Sequence record: NC_054920.1
Length of the DNA stretch: 64,000 bases
Source: Escherichia phage vB_EcoM_G9062
Reading direction: 5' to 3' (one strand)
Shown: piece after piece, positions 21,035 to 39,611 of the stretch
Position numbering within the stretch: position 1 is the stretch's first letter
How the letters are laid out: the number at the start of each line of letters is the position of its first letter
Position numbers and translations under genes: made by a program
The notes under the pieces: model-generated
Databases searched by the model: none
What the model saw: only the letters and a program-made list of their open reading frames with translations
What the model was told of the DNA's origin: nothing

Positions 21035-21042
21035 TATAAATA
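21035..21042 (+). promoter_or_regulatory. T4 late promoter TATAAATA upstream of gene 9
   Basis: Exact TATAAATA about 25 bp upstream of the ATG. Confidence 0.6.
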
Positions 21043-21066
21043 CTATAAACTCATAAGGAAACCGCT

Positions 21067-21933
21067 ATGTTCATTCAAGAACCAAAGAAATTGATTGATA
21101 CCGGCGAAATTGGTAACGCTTCTACTGGTGATATCTTATTCGACGGTGGTAATAAAATTAATAGTGATTTTAACGCAATTTATAATGCGTTTGGCGATCA
21201 GCGTAAAATGGCAGTAGCAAATGGCACTGGAGCAGATGGTCAAATTATCCATGCTACTGGGTATTATCAAAAACACTCTATTACAGAGTACGCAACTCCA
21301 GTGAAAGTTGGCACTAGACATGATATTGATACCTCTACTGTAGGTGTTAAAGTTATTATTGAAAGAGGCGAACTCGGCGATTGTGTTGAATTCATTAACT
21401 CTAATGGATCAATATCAGTTACTAATCCTTTAACGATTCAAGCTATTGATTCAATTAAAGGTGTTTCAGGTAATTTAGTAGTAACTAGCCCATATAGTAA
21501 AGTAACTTTACGCTGTATTTCATCTGATAATTCTACATCGGTTTGGAATTATTCTATTGAAAGTATGTTTGGACAAAAGGAATCACCAGCTGAAGGTACA
21601 TGGAATATTTCTACATCCGGATCAGTTGATATTCCACTATTTCATCGCACTGAATACAATATGGCTAAATTGCTAGTTACGTGCCAATCAGTAGATGGAA
21701 GAAAAATTAAAACAGCAGAAATAAATATTCTTGTGGATACTGTTAATTCAGAAGTTATTTCTTCTGAGTATGCTGTCATGAGAGTTGGAAATGAAACAGA
21801 AGAAGACGAGATTGCTAATATTGCATTTAGTATTAAAACCAACTATGTAACGGCGACTATAAGTTCTTCTACCGTTGGCATGAGAGCAGCAGTTAAAGTT
21901 ATCGCTACGCAGAAAATCGGGGTGGCTCAATAA
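21067..21933 (+). CDS. 9: Baseplate wedge / long tail fibre socket gp9, 288 aa
   Basis: Length and order match T4. Confidence 0.9.
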   Translation: MFIQEPKKLIDTGEIGNASTGDILFDGGNKINSDFNAIYNAFGDQRKMAVANGTGADGQIIHATGYYQKHSITEYATPVKVGTRHDIDTSTVGVKVIIERGELGDCVEFINSNGSISVTNPLTIQAIDSIKGVSGNLVVTSPYSKVTLRCISSDNSTSVWNYSIESMFGQKESPAEGTWNISTSGSVDIPLFHRTEYNMAKLLVTCQSVDGRKIKTAEINILVDTVNSEVISSEYAVMRVGNETEEDEIANIAFSIKTNYVTATISSSTVGMRAAVKVIATQKIGVAQ

Positions 21934-23738
21934 TGAAACAAAATATTAATATCGGTAATGTTGTTGATGATGGTACCGGTGACTACCTGCGTAAAGGTGG
22001 TATAAAAATAAATGAAAACTTTGATGAACTTTATTATGAACTTGGCGATGGAGATGTTCCATATTCAGCCGGTGCCTGGAAAACTTATAATGCTTCATCC
22101 GGTCAAACATTAAAAGCTAAGTGGGGAAAATCATACGCTATTAATACCTCTTCTGGAAGAGTAACTTTACAACTTCCTAAAGGAACTGTTAATGATTATA
22201 ATAAAGTAATTAGAGCTAGGGATGTATTTGCAACATGGAACATTAATCCAGTTACTTTAGTAGCTGCTTCTGGGGATACAATTAAAGGGTCGTCATCGTC
22301 AGTTGAAATTAATATTCAATTTAGTGATTTAGAGCTCGTTTATTGCGCTCCAGGACGTTGGGAATATGTCAAAAACAAACAAATTGACAAAATTATTAGT
22401 TCAGATATTAGTAATGTAGCACGTAAAGAATTTTTAGTCGAAGTTCAAGGACAAACAGACTTTTTAGATGTTTTCCGCGGAACTAGCTATAATGTTAATA
22501 ACATCCGAGTAAAACACCGTGGTAATGAATTATATTACGGCGATGTATTTAGTGAAAACAGTGACTTTGGCTCTCCCGGAGAAAATGAAGGAGAATTGAT
22601 TCCTCTTGATGGATTTAATATTAGGTTAAGACAGCCTTGTAATATTGGTGACACTGTTCAAATTGAAACATTTATGGATGGTGTATCACAATGGAGAAGT
22701 TCATATACAAGACGCCAAATAAAAGTACTGGATTCAAAACTAACGTCAAAAACGTCTTTAGAAGGAAGTATTTACGTTACTGATTTATCAACAATGAAAT
22801 CAATTCCATTTTCTGCATTTGGATTAATTCCTGGAGAACCTATTAATCCTAATTCTCTTGAAGTTCGTTTTAATGGAATTTTACAACAACAAGCTGGAAC
22901 AGCAGGATATCCTCTGTTTTTGTGTGAAGGTGCTAACTCAGATACGCAAGCAGGATGTATATCTCTTGGTGGTGAATGGAAAGAATCGAACACAGATTAT
23001 TCTATAGAATATGAAGATGGAAAACCTGTCAGTCTTTTATTTGATAGAAAATTTGAATCAGGTGATATAATCGTTATAACATGGTTTAATAATGATTTAG
23101 GAACTCTTTTAGAAAAAGATGACATTATTGAATTAACTGATGACCGTTATGTTAGTAAAGGATCATCTACTGAAGTTACTGGGGATGTAGCCTTAACAGA
23201 TTTTGATAAAATCGGTTGGCCAAATGTTGAAAAAGTTGATTCTTATACTAGAACGTATAATTCAATATCATCTATTTTCGACAGCATTTATCCTGTTGGT
23301 TCAATTTATGAAAATGCTATAAACCCAAATAATCCGGTGACTTATATGGGATTTGGTTCATGGAAATTATTTGGTAAAGGACAAGTTTTAGTAGGATGGA
23401 ATGATGATGTTACGGATCCAAACTTTGCTTTAAACAATAATGATTTAGATTCTAGCGGAAATCCTTCACATACTGCCGGTGGAACAGTTGGTACAACATC
23501 AGTAACGCTTGAAAACGCAAATCTTCCTGCGACTAAAACTGATGAAAGAGTTTTAATTGAAGACGAAAATGGATCAGTTATTATTGGAGGATGTCAATAT
23601 GACCCAGACGAAACTGGTCCTATATATACAAAATATCGTGAAGACTACGCAACAACAAACTCTTCACATACTCCTCCTACTAATATTAGTAATATTCAAC
23701 CGTCTATTACTGTATACCGTTGGATAAGGATTGCATAA
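21933..23738 (+). CDS. 10: Baseplate wedge / short tail fibre attachment gp10, 601 aa
   Basis: Length and order match T4. Confidence 0.9.
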   Translation: MKQNINIGNVVDDGTGDYLRKGGIKINENFDELYYELGDGDVPYSAGAWKTYNASSGQTLKAKWGKSYAINTSSGRVTLQLPKGTVNDYNKVIRARDVFATWNINPVTLVAASGDTIKGSSSSVEINIQFSDLELVYCAPGRWEYVKNKQIDKIISSDISNVARKEFLVEVQGQTDFLDVFRGTSYNVNNIRVKHRGNELYYGDVFSENSDFGSPGENEGELIPLDGFNIRLRQPCNIGDTVQIETFMDGVSQWRSSYTRRQIKVLDSKLTSKTSLEGSIYVTDLSTMKSIPFSAFGLIPGEPINPNSLEVRFNGILQQQAGTAGYPLFLCEGANSDTQAGCISLGGEWKESNTDYSIEYEDGKPVSLLFDRKFESGDIIVITWFNNDLGTLLEKDDIIELTDDRYVSKGSSTEVTGDVALTDFDKIGWPNVEKVDSYTRTYNSISSIFDSIYPVGSIYENAINPNNPVTYMGFGSWKLFGKGQVLVGWNDDVTDPNFALNNNDLDSSGNPSHTAGGTVGTTSVTLENANLPATKTDERVLIEDENGSVIIGGCQYDPDETGPIYTKYREDYATTNSSHTPPTNISNIQPSITVYRWIRIA

Positions 23739-24397
23739 TGAGTTTACTTAATAATAAAGCGGGAGTTATTTCCCGCTTAGCAGATTTTCTTGGTTTTAGA
23801 ACTAAGAAAAATGATATTTCGGTTATGAATAATCAGCCAGTAGGCGCTGTAACAATTTCACAAATATCAAAAGGTTTTTATGATTCAAATGTAGAATCTG
23901 CTATCAATGACGTTAGAAATATGGCAGAGCAACCAGTTGGAGCTGTATTAGTTAATATAAGCGGCGTATCTCCTACTGGCGTGCAACAGACCGACTATTG
24001 GTCATTTGAAGGAACTGTTACTGATACTTCAGTCAAATCAGGTGACCCAGTTATTGTTAACATGTTTGGTATTCCAGTTAAAGCTACTAATGGAATGACT
24101 TCAATTGAATTTACTAGTGCCGTTAGAATAGCTCTACAGGAAATGGTTGTAAAATTTATTGCAATTGATTCATTTGAAGACCATCCTACCATAGGAAATA
24201 AAATACAAGTTAAGTATTTAGATAACCAAGAACATATCTTAGAACAATACTCTGATAAAGGAATTACTTTCAAACAGGAAATAATTTCTCCTTCTAAACC
24301 TGGGTATGGAACTTGGCAATTATTAGGTGCGCAAACTGTTACGCTAGATAGTCACACACAACCTACAGTATTTTATTATTTTGAGAGAGTAGCATGA
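23738..24397 (+). CDS. 11: Baseplate wedge protein gp11 (219 aa from the ATG overlapping the gene 10 stop; ORF extends to 23720)
   Basis: TAATG overlap with gene 10; length matches T4 gp11. Confidence 0.85.
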   Translation: MSLLNNKAGVISRLADFLGFRTKKNDISVMNNQPVGAVTISQISKGFYDSNVESAINDVRNMAEQPVGAVLVNISGVSPTGVQQTDYWSFEGTVTDTSVKSGDPVIVNMFGIPVKATNGMTSIEFTSAVRIALQEMVVKFIAIDSFEDHPTIGNKIQVKYLDNQEHILEQYSDKGITFKQEIISPSKPGYGTWQLLGAQTVTLDSHTQPTVFYYFERVA

Positions 24398-25944
24398 GTA
24401 ACAATACATATCAGCACGTATCAAATGAATCAAAATATGTTAAATTCGATCCTACTGGATCGAATTTTCCTGGCACTGTTACGACAGTACAGTCTGCATT
24501 ATCAAAAATAAGTAATATCGGCGTAAATGGTATTCCTGATGCAACTATGGAAGTTAAAGGAATAGCAATGATTGCGTCAGAACAAGAGGTTTTAGATGGA
24601 ACTAATAATTCTAAAATCGTTACACCAGCTACATTAGCAACAAGATTATTATATCCAAATGCTACTGAAACTAAATATGGTTTAACGCGTTATTCAACAA
24701 ATGAAGAAACATTAAAAGGCTCAGATAATAATTCATCAATAACACCACAAAAACTGAAATACCACACTGACGATGTGTTCAAAAATAGATATTCGTCTGA
24801 GTCATCAAACGGGGTTATTAAAATATCATCTACACCTGCAGCTTTGGCTGGAGTTGATGATACTACTGCGATGACTCCGCTAAAAACCCAAAAACTTGCA
24901 ATAAAATTAATTTCGCAAATAGCTCCTTCAGAAGACACTGCAACAGAATCGGTGAGAGGAGTAGTTCAATTATCTACTGTTGCACAAATTCGTCAAGGAA
25001 CTCTCCGCGAAGGATATGCAATTTCCCCGTATACCTTTATGAATTCTGTTGCAACACATGAATATAAGGGTGTTATACGCCTAGGAACGCAGACTGAAAT
25101 TAATAATAATTTGGGTGGTGTTGCAGTAACAGGTGAAACACTAAATGGTCGAGGAGCTACCGGTTCTATGCGTGGAGTAGTTAAATTAACGACGCAAGCC
25201 GGTATTGCCCCTGAAGGTGATAGCTCTGGAGCATTAGCATGGAACGCAGATGTAATTAATACTCGTGGTGGACAAACTATTAATGGTTCTTTAAATTTAG
25301 ACCATCTTACAGCAAATGGAATTTGGTCACGCGGTGGAATGTGGAAAAATGGCGATCAACCTGTTGCCACTGAAAGATATGCGTCCGAACGAGTTCCGGT
25401 TGGAACTATTATGATGTTTGCGGGTGATTCAGCACCTCCAGGTTGGATTATGTGTCATGGTGGAACCGTGTCAGGTGACCAATTTCCTGATTATAGAAAC
25501 GTAGTTGGAACAAGATTTGGTGGCGATTGGAATAATCCTGGCGTTCCTGATATGCGAGGTCTTTTCGTCAGAGGAGCCGGCACAGGCGGTCATATTTTAA
25601 ATCAACGAGGACAAGATGGTTATGGAAAGGATAGACTTGGCGTAGGATGTGACGGAATGCATGTTGGTGGTGTTCAAGCACAACAAATGTCATACCATAA
25701 ACACGCCGGTGGTTGGGGGGAATATAACAGAAGTGAAGGCCCATTTGGCGCGTCTGTTTATCAAGGATATCTTGGAACTAGAAAATATTCCGACTGGGAT
25801 AATGCTTCATACTTCACTAATGATGGATTTGAATTAGGCGGACCGAGAGATGCCCTTGGTACACTTAATCGTGAAGGATTAATTGGTTATGAAACTAGAC
25901 CATGGAATATATCATTAAACTATATTATTAAAGTTCATTACTAA
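24394..25944 (+). CDS. 12: Short tail fibre protein gp12, 516 aa
   Basis: Position and size as T4 gp12. Confidence 0.9.
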   Translation: MSNNTYQHVSNESKYVKFDPTGSNFPGTVTTVQSALSKISNIGVNGIPDATMEVKGIAMIASEQEVLDGTNNSKIVTPATLATRLLYPNATETKYGLTRYSTNEETLKGSDNNSSITPQKLKYHTDDVFKNRYSSESSNGVIKISSTPAALAGVDDTTAMTPLKTQKLAIKLISQIAPSEDTATESVRGVVQLSTVAQIRQGTLREGYAISPYTFMNSVATHEYKGVIRLGTQTEINNNLGGVAVTGETLNGRGATGSMRGVVKLTTQAGIAPEGDSSGALAWNADVINTRGGQTINGSLNLDHLTANGIWSRGGMWKNGDQPVATERYASERVPVGTIMMFAGDSAPPGWIMCHGGTVSGDQFPDYRNVVGTRFGGDWNNPGVPDMRGLFVRGAGTGGHILNQRGQDGYGKDRLGVGCDGMHVGGVQAQQMSYHKHAGGWGEYNRSEGPFGASVYQGYLGTRKYSDWDNASYFTNDGFELGGPRDALGTLNREGLIGYETRPWNISLNYIIKVHY

Positions 25945-25953
25945 GGATTACAA

Positions 25954-27399
25954 ATGATTGAATTAAAAGATTTACCTTTTGTTGATAGCGTTCCTGACGA
26001 AGGTCAGGAACGTATTTCATGGATTAAAAATGGTGAAGAAATACTAGGAGCTAGCACTAAGTATGGAAACGATGGATCAATGAATAGACCAATTGTTTCC
26101 GTGTTTAAAAACGTCGAGGTTCTTGATGAAAATGTGGGAATTCTTAAAACTGCCATTGAAACATCGCAGAAAGATATTAAAACAATTCAAGGAGTTTTAG
26201 ATGTATCAGGAGATATAGAAGCACTATCGCAGATCAGTGTTAATAAAAATGACATATCAAATTTAAAGACACTTACTAATGAACACACTGATATATTAAC
26301 TGGAGTTGACAAAATTATTGCTGATATAGGTCCATTTAATGATGAAGAAAACTCTGTTTATAGAACAATTAGAAATGATTTATTGTGGATTAAACAAGAA
26401 CTAGGGCAATATTCTGGCCAAGACATTAACGGTCTTCCTGTTGTTGGTAATGCTAGCACAGGAATGAAACATAGAATAATAACAAATAGTACATTATTAT
26501 CTTCACAAGGCATTCGTTTAAGTGAATTAGAAAATAAATTTACTGAATCTGACGTAGGATCATTGACGGTTGAAGTTGGTAAATTACGCGATGAACTTGG
26601 TAATAAACCAGTAGATTTTGGACCAAATATTTATAATAGATTAAACACTATAGATGATAAACAAACTTTAATAAATTCTGATATAGCAGAAATTAAATCT
26701 TCTATTGGATACCCAGAAAATGTTTCTATAATAACAGAAATTAATAATAACAAAAGTAGCATTGAATCTATTAATAATGAATTAAATCAGAGTGAAGGTG
26801 TTAAACAGCGCTTAACGGCTATTGAAACTTCTATAGGTTCAGATGATATTCCTTCTAGTATTAAAGGAAAAATTAAAAATCACACAACTTCTATTGAGTC
26901 TTTAAACGGAATTGTTGGTGAAAACACTTCGTCTGGTTTAAGAGCGAATGTTTCGTGGTTAAATCAAATTGTTGGAACTGACTCCAGCGGAGGACAACCG
27001 TCTCCTTCTGGATCTCTATTAAATAAAGTTTCAGTGCTTGAAGGAGAAGTTTCAGTTTTAAACAATAATGTTCAAAATATACAAGTTGAAATAGGAAATA
27101 ATAGAACAGGAATTAAAGGTCAAGTTATTGAACTTACTTCACTTATAAATGGAAATAATCCTGACGGATCAACTGTTGAAGAACGAGGATTAACTAATTC
27201 TATAAAAACGAATGAAACTAACATTGCGGCAGTCACGCATGAAGTAAATACAGCTAAAGACAATATATCCTCTTTACAGAGCAGCGTTCAAGCTCTACAA
27301 GAAGCGGGTTATATTCCTGAAGCTCCAAAAGATGGCCAAGCTTACGTTCGTAAAGACGGCGAATGGGTACTACTTTCTACCTTTTTATCACCAGCATAA
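25954..27399 (+). CDS. wac: Fibritin (whisker/neck collar), 481 aa
   Basis: Long coiled-coil segments; C-terminal foldon-like [27 protein letters not shown]. Confidence 0.92.
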   Translation: MIELKDLPFVDSVPDEGQERISWIKNGEEILGASTKYGNDGSMNRPIVSVFKNVEVLDENVGILKTAIETSQKDIKTIQGVLDVSGDIEALSQISVNKNDISNLKTLTNEHTDILTGVDKIIADIGPFNDEENSVYRTIRNDLLWIKQELGQYSGQDINGLPVVGNASTGMKHRIITNSTLLSSQGIRLSELENKFTESDVGSLTVEVGKLRDELGNKPVDFGPNIYNRLNTIDDKQTLINSDIAEIKSSIGYPENVSIITEINNNKSSIESINNELNQSEGVKQRLTAIETSIGSDDIPSSIKGKIKNHTTSIESLNGIVGENTSSGLRANVSWLNQIVGTDSSGGQPSPSGSLLNKVSVLEGEVSVLNNNVQNIQVEIGNNRTGIKGQVIELTSLINGNNPDGSTVEERGLTNSIKTNETNIAAVTHEVNTAKDNISSLQSSVQALQEAGYIPEAPKDGQAYVRKDGEWVLLSTFLSPA

Positions 27400-27430
27400 C
27401 ATGGGGCCGCAAGGCCCCAAAGGATTTTAA

Positions 27431-29996
<2,566 letters not shown>

Positions 29997-30037
29997 TAAA
30001 TATTATAAACTAATTAAAGCCCAGATTAGGAGAAATC

Positions 30038-33178
<3,141 letters not shown>

Positions 33179-33206
33179 TATTAAAGCATATTAAAGAGGA
33201 TTAAAA

Positions 33207-35186
33207 ATGACTTTATTATCTCCGGGCATTGAGCTCAAAGAAACTACGGTTCAAAGCACCGTGGTTAATAACTCTACTGGTACAGCAGCTTTGGCCGGTA
33301 AATTCCAGTGGGGTCCTGCTTTTCAGATTAAACAGGTTACAAACGAAGTAGATTTAGTTAATACTTTTGGTCAACCTACAGCTGAAACTGCTGACTATTT
33401 TATGTCTGCAATGAATTTCTTACAATATGGAAATGATTTGCGAGTTGTGCGCGCTGTCGATAGAGATACCGCTAAAAACTCATCTCCGATTGCTGGTAAT
33501 ATTGAATACACAATTTCTACCCCAGGTAGTAACTACGCGGTTGGAGATAAAATCACGGTCAAATATGTTTCAGAAGATGTTGAAACAGAAGGTAAAATTA
33601 CCGAAGTAGATGCTGATGGAAAAATTAAGAAAATTAATATTCCTACTGCAAAAATTATTGCTAAAGCTAAAGAAGTTGGCGAATACCCAACATTAGGTTC
33701 TAACTGGACTGCAGAAATTTCTTCATCTTCTTCCGGTTTAGCTGCAGTAATAACTCTTGGAAAAATTATTACTGATTCCGGTATTTTATTAGCTGAAATC
33801 GAGAGCGCTGAAACTGCTATGACAGCAGTTGATTTTCAGGCAAATCTTGAAAAATATGGAATTCCAGGAGTAGTAGCTCTCTATCCAGGCGAATTAGGCG
33901 ATAAAATTGAAATTGAAATCGTATCTAAAGCTGACTATGCGAAAGGCGCTTCTGCATTACTGCCAATTTATCCAGGTGGTGGTACTCGTGCATCTACTGC
34001 CAAGGCAGTATTTGGATATGGGCCGCAGACTGACTCACAGTACGCTATTATAGTTCGTCGAAATGATGCTATTGTTCAAAGCGTTGTTCTTTCAACTAAG
34101 CGTGGTGAAAAAGATATTTACGATAGTAACATCTATATTGATGACTTTTTCGCAAAAGGTGGTTCAGAATATATTTTCGCAACTGCGCAAAACTGGCCAG
34201 AAGGCTTCTCTGGAATTTTAACTCTGTCTGGTGGATTATCATCAAATGCTGAAGTAACAGCAGGAGATTTGATGGAAGCTTGGGACTTCTTTGCTGACCG
34301 CGAATCTGTTGACGTTCAGTTGTTTATTGCGGGTTCTTGTGCCGGTGAATCTCTTGAAACAGCATCTACTGTCCAAAAACATGTTGTTTCAATTGGTGAT
34401 GCTCGTCAAGATTGCTTAGTATTGTGCTCACCTCCGCGTGAAACTGTAGTTGGAATTCCTGTAACTCGTGCAGTAGATAATTTAGTTAACTGGAGAACTG
34501 CAGCAGGTTCATACACTGATAATAACTTTAATATCAGTTCAACCTACGCAGCAATTGATGGTAACTACAAATATCAGTATGACAAATATAATGATGTGAA
34601 TCGTTGGGTTCCATTAGCAGCTGATATTGCTGGTTTATGCGCAAGAACTGATAACGTATCTCAGACTTGGATGTCTCCAGCTGGTTATAATCGTGGCCAG
34701 ATTCTTAACGTTATTAAACTTGCTATTGAAACTCGCCAAGCTCAGCGCGACCGTTTATACCAAGAAGCTATTAATCCAGTAACTGGTACAGGTGGCGATG
34801 GTTACGTATTGTATGGTGATAAAACAGCTACTTCTGTTCCTTCTCCATTTGATCGTATTAACGTTCGTCGTCTGTTTAATATGTTGAAAACGAATATCGG
34901 ACGTAGTTCAAAATATCGTTTGTTCGAATTAAACAACGCGTTTACTCGTTCATCATTCCGCACAGAAACTGCCCAATACTTACAGGGAATTAAAGCTCTC
35001 GGTGGAATTTATGAATATCGTGTAGTTTGCGATACAACAAATAACACTCCGTCAGTAATTGATAGAAATGAGTTTGTTGCAACATTCTACATTCAACCGG
35101 CTAGAAGCATTAACTACATTACCTTGAACTTCGTAGCAACTGCTACTGGTGCAGATTTCGATGAGTTAACTGGTCTTGCTGGTTAA
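33207..35186 (+). CDS. 18: Tail sheath protein gp18, 659 aa
   Basis: Length and order match T4. Confidence 0.95.
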   Translation: MTLLSPGIELKETTVQSTVVNNSTGTAALAGKFQWGPAFQIKQVTNEVDLVNTFGQPTAETADYFMSAMNFLQYGNDLRVVRAVDRDTAKNSSPIAGNIEYTISTPGSNYAVGDKITVKYVSEDVETEGKITEVDADGKIKKINIPTAKIIAKAKEVGEYPTLGSNWTAEISSSSSGLAAVITLGKIITDSGILLAEIESAETAMTAVDFQANLEKYGIPGVVALYPGELGDKIEIEIVSKADYAKGASALLPIYPGGGTRASTAKAVFGYGPQTDSQYAIIVRRNDAIVQSVVLSTKRGEKDIYDSNIYIDDFFAKGGSEYIFATAQNWPEGFSGILTLSGGLSSNAEVTAGDLMEAWDFFADRESVDVQLFIAGSCAGESLETASTVQKHVVSIGDARQDCLVLCSPPRETVVGIPVTRAVDNLVNWRTAAGSYTDNNFNISSTYAAIDGNYKYQYDKYNDVNRWVPLAADIAGLCARTDNVSQTWMSPAGYNRGQILNVIKLAIETRQAQRDRLYQEAINPVTGTGGDGYVLYGDKTATSVPSPFDRINVRRLFNMLKTNIGRSSKYRLFELNNAFTRSSFRTETAQYLQGIKALGGIYEYRVVCDTTNNTPSVIDRNEFVATFYIQPARSINYITLNFVATATGADFDELTGLAG

Positions 35187-35280
35187 TACGGTGCATTCTA
35201 AAGGCCTGTTTCGGCAGGCCATATAAATACACTATATCCTTAATTCTTTAATTCTATATGCCCTAGGTTAAACATAGGGA

Positions 35281-35288
35281 TATAAATA
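35281..35288 (+). promoter_or_regulatory. T4 late promoter TATAAATA upstream of gene 19
   Basis: Exact TATAAATA 15 bp upstream of the ATG; a second copy at 35222-35229. Confidence 0.6.
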
Positions 35289-35302
35289 CTACAGAGGCTA
35301 AT

Positions 35303-35794
35303 ATGTTTGTAGATGATGTAACACGAGCGTTTGAATCTGGTGATTTTGCTCGACCTAACTTATTCCAAGTAGAAATTTCTTATCTTGGACAAAATTTTAC
35401 ATTCCAATGTAAAGCCACTGCTTTACCAGCTGGTATTGTAGAAAAAATTCCAGTCGGATTTATGAACCGTAAAATTAACGTAGCAGGCGATCGTACATTC
35501 GATGACTGGACTGTTACAGTAATGAACGATGAAGCTCATGATGCTCGCCAGAAGTTTGTTGATTGGCAAAGCATTGCTGCTGGTCAAGGAAACGAAATTA
35601 CTGGTGGAAAACCTGCAGAGTATAAAAAGAGCGCTATTGTTCGTCAATATGCTCGTGATGCTAAAACAGTAACAAAAGAAATTGAAATTAAAGGTCTGTG
35701 GCCTACTAACGTGGGTGAACTTCAATTAGATTGGGATTCAAACAATGAAATCCAAACCTTTGAAGTAACTCTTGCTCTCGATTATTGGGAATAA
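35303..35794 (+). CDS. 19: Tail tube protein gp19, 163 aa
   Basis: Length and order match T4. Confidence 0.95.
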   Translation: MFVDDVTRAFESGDFARPNLFQVEISYLGQNFTFQCKATALPAGIVEKIPVGFMNRKINVAGDRTFDDWTVTVMNDEAHDARQKFVDWQSIAAGQGNEITGGKPAEYKKSAIVRQYARDAKTVTKEIEIKGLWPTNVGELQLDWDSNNEIQTFEVTLALDYWE

Positions 35795-35826
35795 AATGAA
35801 TGGGGAGAAATCCCCATCCTGCTTAA

Positions 35827-37451
<1,625 letters not shown>

Positions 37452-37452
<1 letters not shown>

Positions 37453-37706
37453 TGGAAGGTTTAATTGAAGCTATTAAATCAAACGACCTCGTAGCCGCTC
37501 GTAAATTATTTGCTGAAGCCATGGCTGCAAGAACGACTGATTTAATTAAAGAAGAAAAAATCGCTATCGCTCGTAATTTCTTAATCGAAGGTGAAGAACC
37601 TGATGACGAGGATGATGACGAAGACGAAGATAGTGATGATAAAGACGACAAAAAGACAAAGACTCTGACGAAGACGAGGATGATGAATAATGCTTCTGAT
37701 CCCTGA
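37452..37706 (+). CDS. 67: Prohead core protein gp67, 84 aa
   Basis: Acidic D/E-rich C-terminus; position between 20 and 68. Confidence 0.8.
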
Positions 37707-38115
37707 AACTCATGAATTAGTTCTCGAGAATGTCGAAGCACTTATTCCTGAAGCACAGGGTCGCTTTGACGAATTGTCTTCTGCTTTAAATAAAGACGAT
37801 ATAAATACAATTGTCGAGAATATGCTTGATGATGAAACTGATTTAGCGGTTGCATTAGCTTCTATTAATGAAAATATGCCGTTAAATGAATTTATCGTTA
37901 AACATGTTTCTGCCCGTGGTGAAATTACTCGCACTAAAGATCGCAAAACCCGCGAACGTAATGCATTTCAAACTACCGGGTTGTCTAAAGCAAAACGTAG
38001 ACAAATTGCTCGTAAAGCTACCAAAACGAAGATTGCCAATCCAGCAGGTCAATCTCGTGCTCAGCGTAAGCGTAAAAAAGCTCTTAAACGCCGTAAAGCA
38101 TTAGGATTAAGCTAA
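37690..38115 (+). CDS. 68: Prohead core protein gp68, 141 aa
   Basis: Length and order match T4. Confidence 0.8.
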
Positions 38116-38753
38116 TGAATGAACCCCAATTACTAATTGAAACTTGGGGTCAACCTGGCGAAATTATTGATGGCGTACCAATGCTTGAATCTCATGATGG
38201 AAAAGACTTAGGTTTAAAACCGGGTTTATACATCGAAGGAATATTCATGCAAGCGGAAGTCGTCAATAGAAATAAACGTCTTTATCCAAAACGTATATTA
38301 GAAAAAGCGGTAAAAGACTATATTAATGAGCAAGTTTTAACTAAACAAGCTCTCGGAGAATTAAATCATCCTCCACGCGCTAATGTTGACCCGATGCAAG
38401 CCGCTATCATTATAGAAGATATGTGGTGGAAAGGAAATGACGTATACGGACGAGCTCGTGTTATTGAAGGTGACCACGGTCCTGGAGATAAATTAGCAGC
38501 TAATATTCGTGCCGGATGGATTCCAGGAGTTTCTTCTCGTGGATTAGGTTCATTGACTGACACAAATAAAGGTTATCGTATCGTAAACGAAGGATTCAAA
38601 TTAACTGTAGGTGTTGATGCAGTATGGGGTCCAAGTGCTCCAGATGCATGGGTAACTCCTAAGGAAATTACCGAATCACAGACGGCGGAAGCCGATACAA
38701 GTGCCGATGACGCCTATATGGCTCTCGCAGAGGCCATGAAAAAAGCGTTATAA
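38115..38753 (+). CDS. 21: Prohead protease gp21, 212 aa
   Basis: Length and order match T4. Confidence 0.92.
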   Translation: MNEPQLLIETWGQPGEIIDGVPMLESHDGKDLGLKPGLYIEGIFMQAEVVNRNKRLYPKRILEKAVKDYINEQVLTKQALGELNHPPRANVDPMQAAIIIEDMWWKGNDVYGRARVIEGDHGPGDKLAANIRAGWIPGVSSRGLGSLTDTNKGYRIVNEGFKLTVGVDAVWGPSAPDAWVTPKEITESQTAEADTSADDAYMALAEAMKKAL

Positions 38754-38756
38754 ATA
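38749..38756 (+). promoter_or_regulatory. T4 late promoter TATAAATA upstream of gene 22
   Basis: Exact TATAAATA about 28 bp upstream of the ATG. Confidence 0.6.
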
Positions 38757-38783
38757 TTATTATCTAAACAACAGGACTACAAA

Positions 38784-39593
38784 ATGCTTAAAGAACAACT
38801 GATTGCCGAAGCGCAGAAAATTGATGCTTCCGTTGCTCTTGATAGTATTTTCGAATCAGTTAATATTTCTCCGGAAGCAAAAGAAACTTTCGGCACTGTA
38901 TTCGAAGCTACCGTCAAGCAGCACGCCGTTAAATTAGCTGAATCTCATATCGCTAAAATTGCTGAAAAAGCAGAAGAAGAAGTAGAAAAAAATAAAGAAG
39001 AAGCAGAAGAAAAAGCTGAGAAGAAAATCGCTGAGCAAGCTTCTAAATTCCTTGACCATCTTGCAAAAGAATGGCTCACTGAAAATAAATTAGCAGTAGA
39101 TAAAGGTATCAAAGCCGAACTGTTTGAATCCATGCTTGGTGGATTGAAAGAGCTCTTCGTTGAACACAACGTTGTTGTTCCAGAAGAATCAGTTGATGTT
39201 GTAGCTGAAATGGAAGAAGAACTGCAAGAACATAAAGAAGAATCAGCTCGTCTGTTCGAAGAACTCAATAAGCGTGACGCATATATCAATTATGTGCAGC
39301 GTGAAGTGGCATTGAGCGAAAGTACTAAAGATCTGACTGAGTCTCAAAAAGAAAAAGTCTCTGCTCTGGTCGAAGGTATGGATTATTCAGATGCATTCTC
39401 AAGTAAATTGAGTGCAATCGTAGAAATGGTGAAGAAATCTAATAAAGATGAAAGCACTATTACTGAGAGTATAAATACTCCTGATACTGAAGCAGCCGGA
39501 CTGAATTTCGTCACTGAAGCTGTAGAAGATAAATCTGCACAAGGTGCAGAAGATATTGTAAGTGTATATGCGAAAGTCGCATCTCGTTTCTAA
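38784..39593 (+). CDS. 22: Prohead core scaffold protein gp22, 269 aa
   Basis: Acidic coiled-coil; length as T4. Confidence 0.92.
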   Translation: MLKEQLIAEAQKIDASVALDSIFESVNISPEAKETFGTVFEATVKQHAVKLAESHIAKIAEKAEEEVEKNKEEAEEKAEKKIAEQASKFLDHLAKEWLTENKLAVDKGIKAELFESMLGGLKELFVEHNVVVPEESVDVVAEMEEELQEHKEESARLFEELNKRDAYINYVQREVALSESTKDLTESQKEKVSALVEGMDYSDAFSSKLSAIVEMVKKSNKDESTITESINTPDTEAAGLNFVTEAVEDKSAQGAEDIVSVYAKVASRF

Positions 39594-39611
39594 TTTTAAA
39601 GGTTAACACAA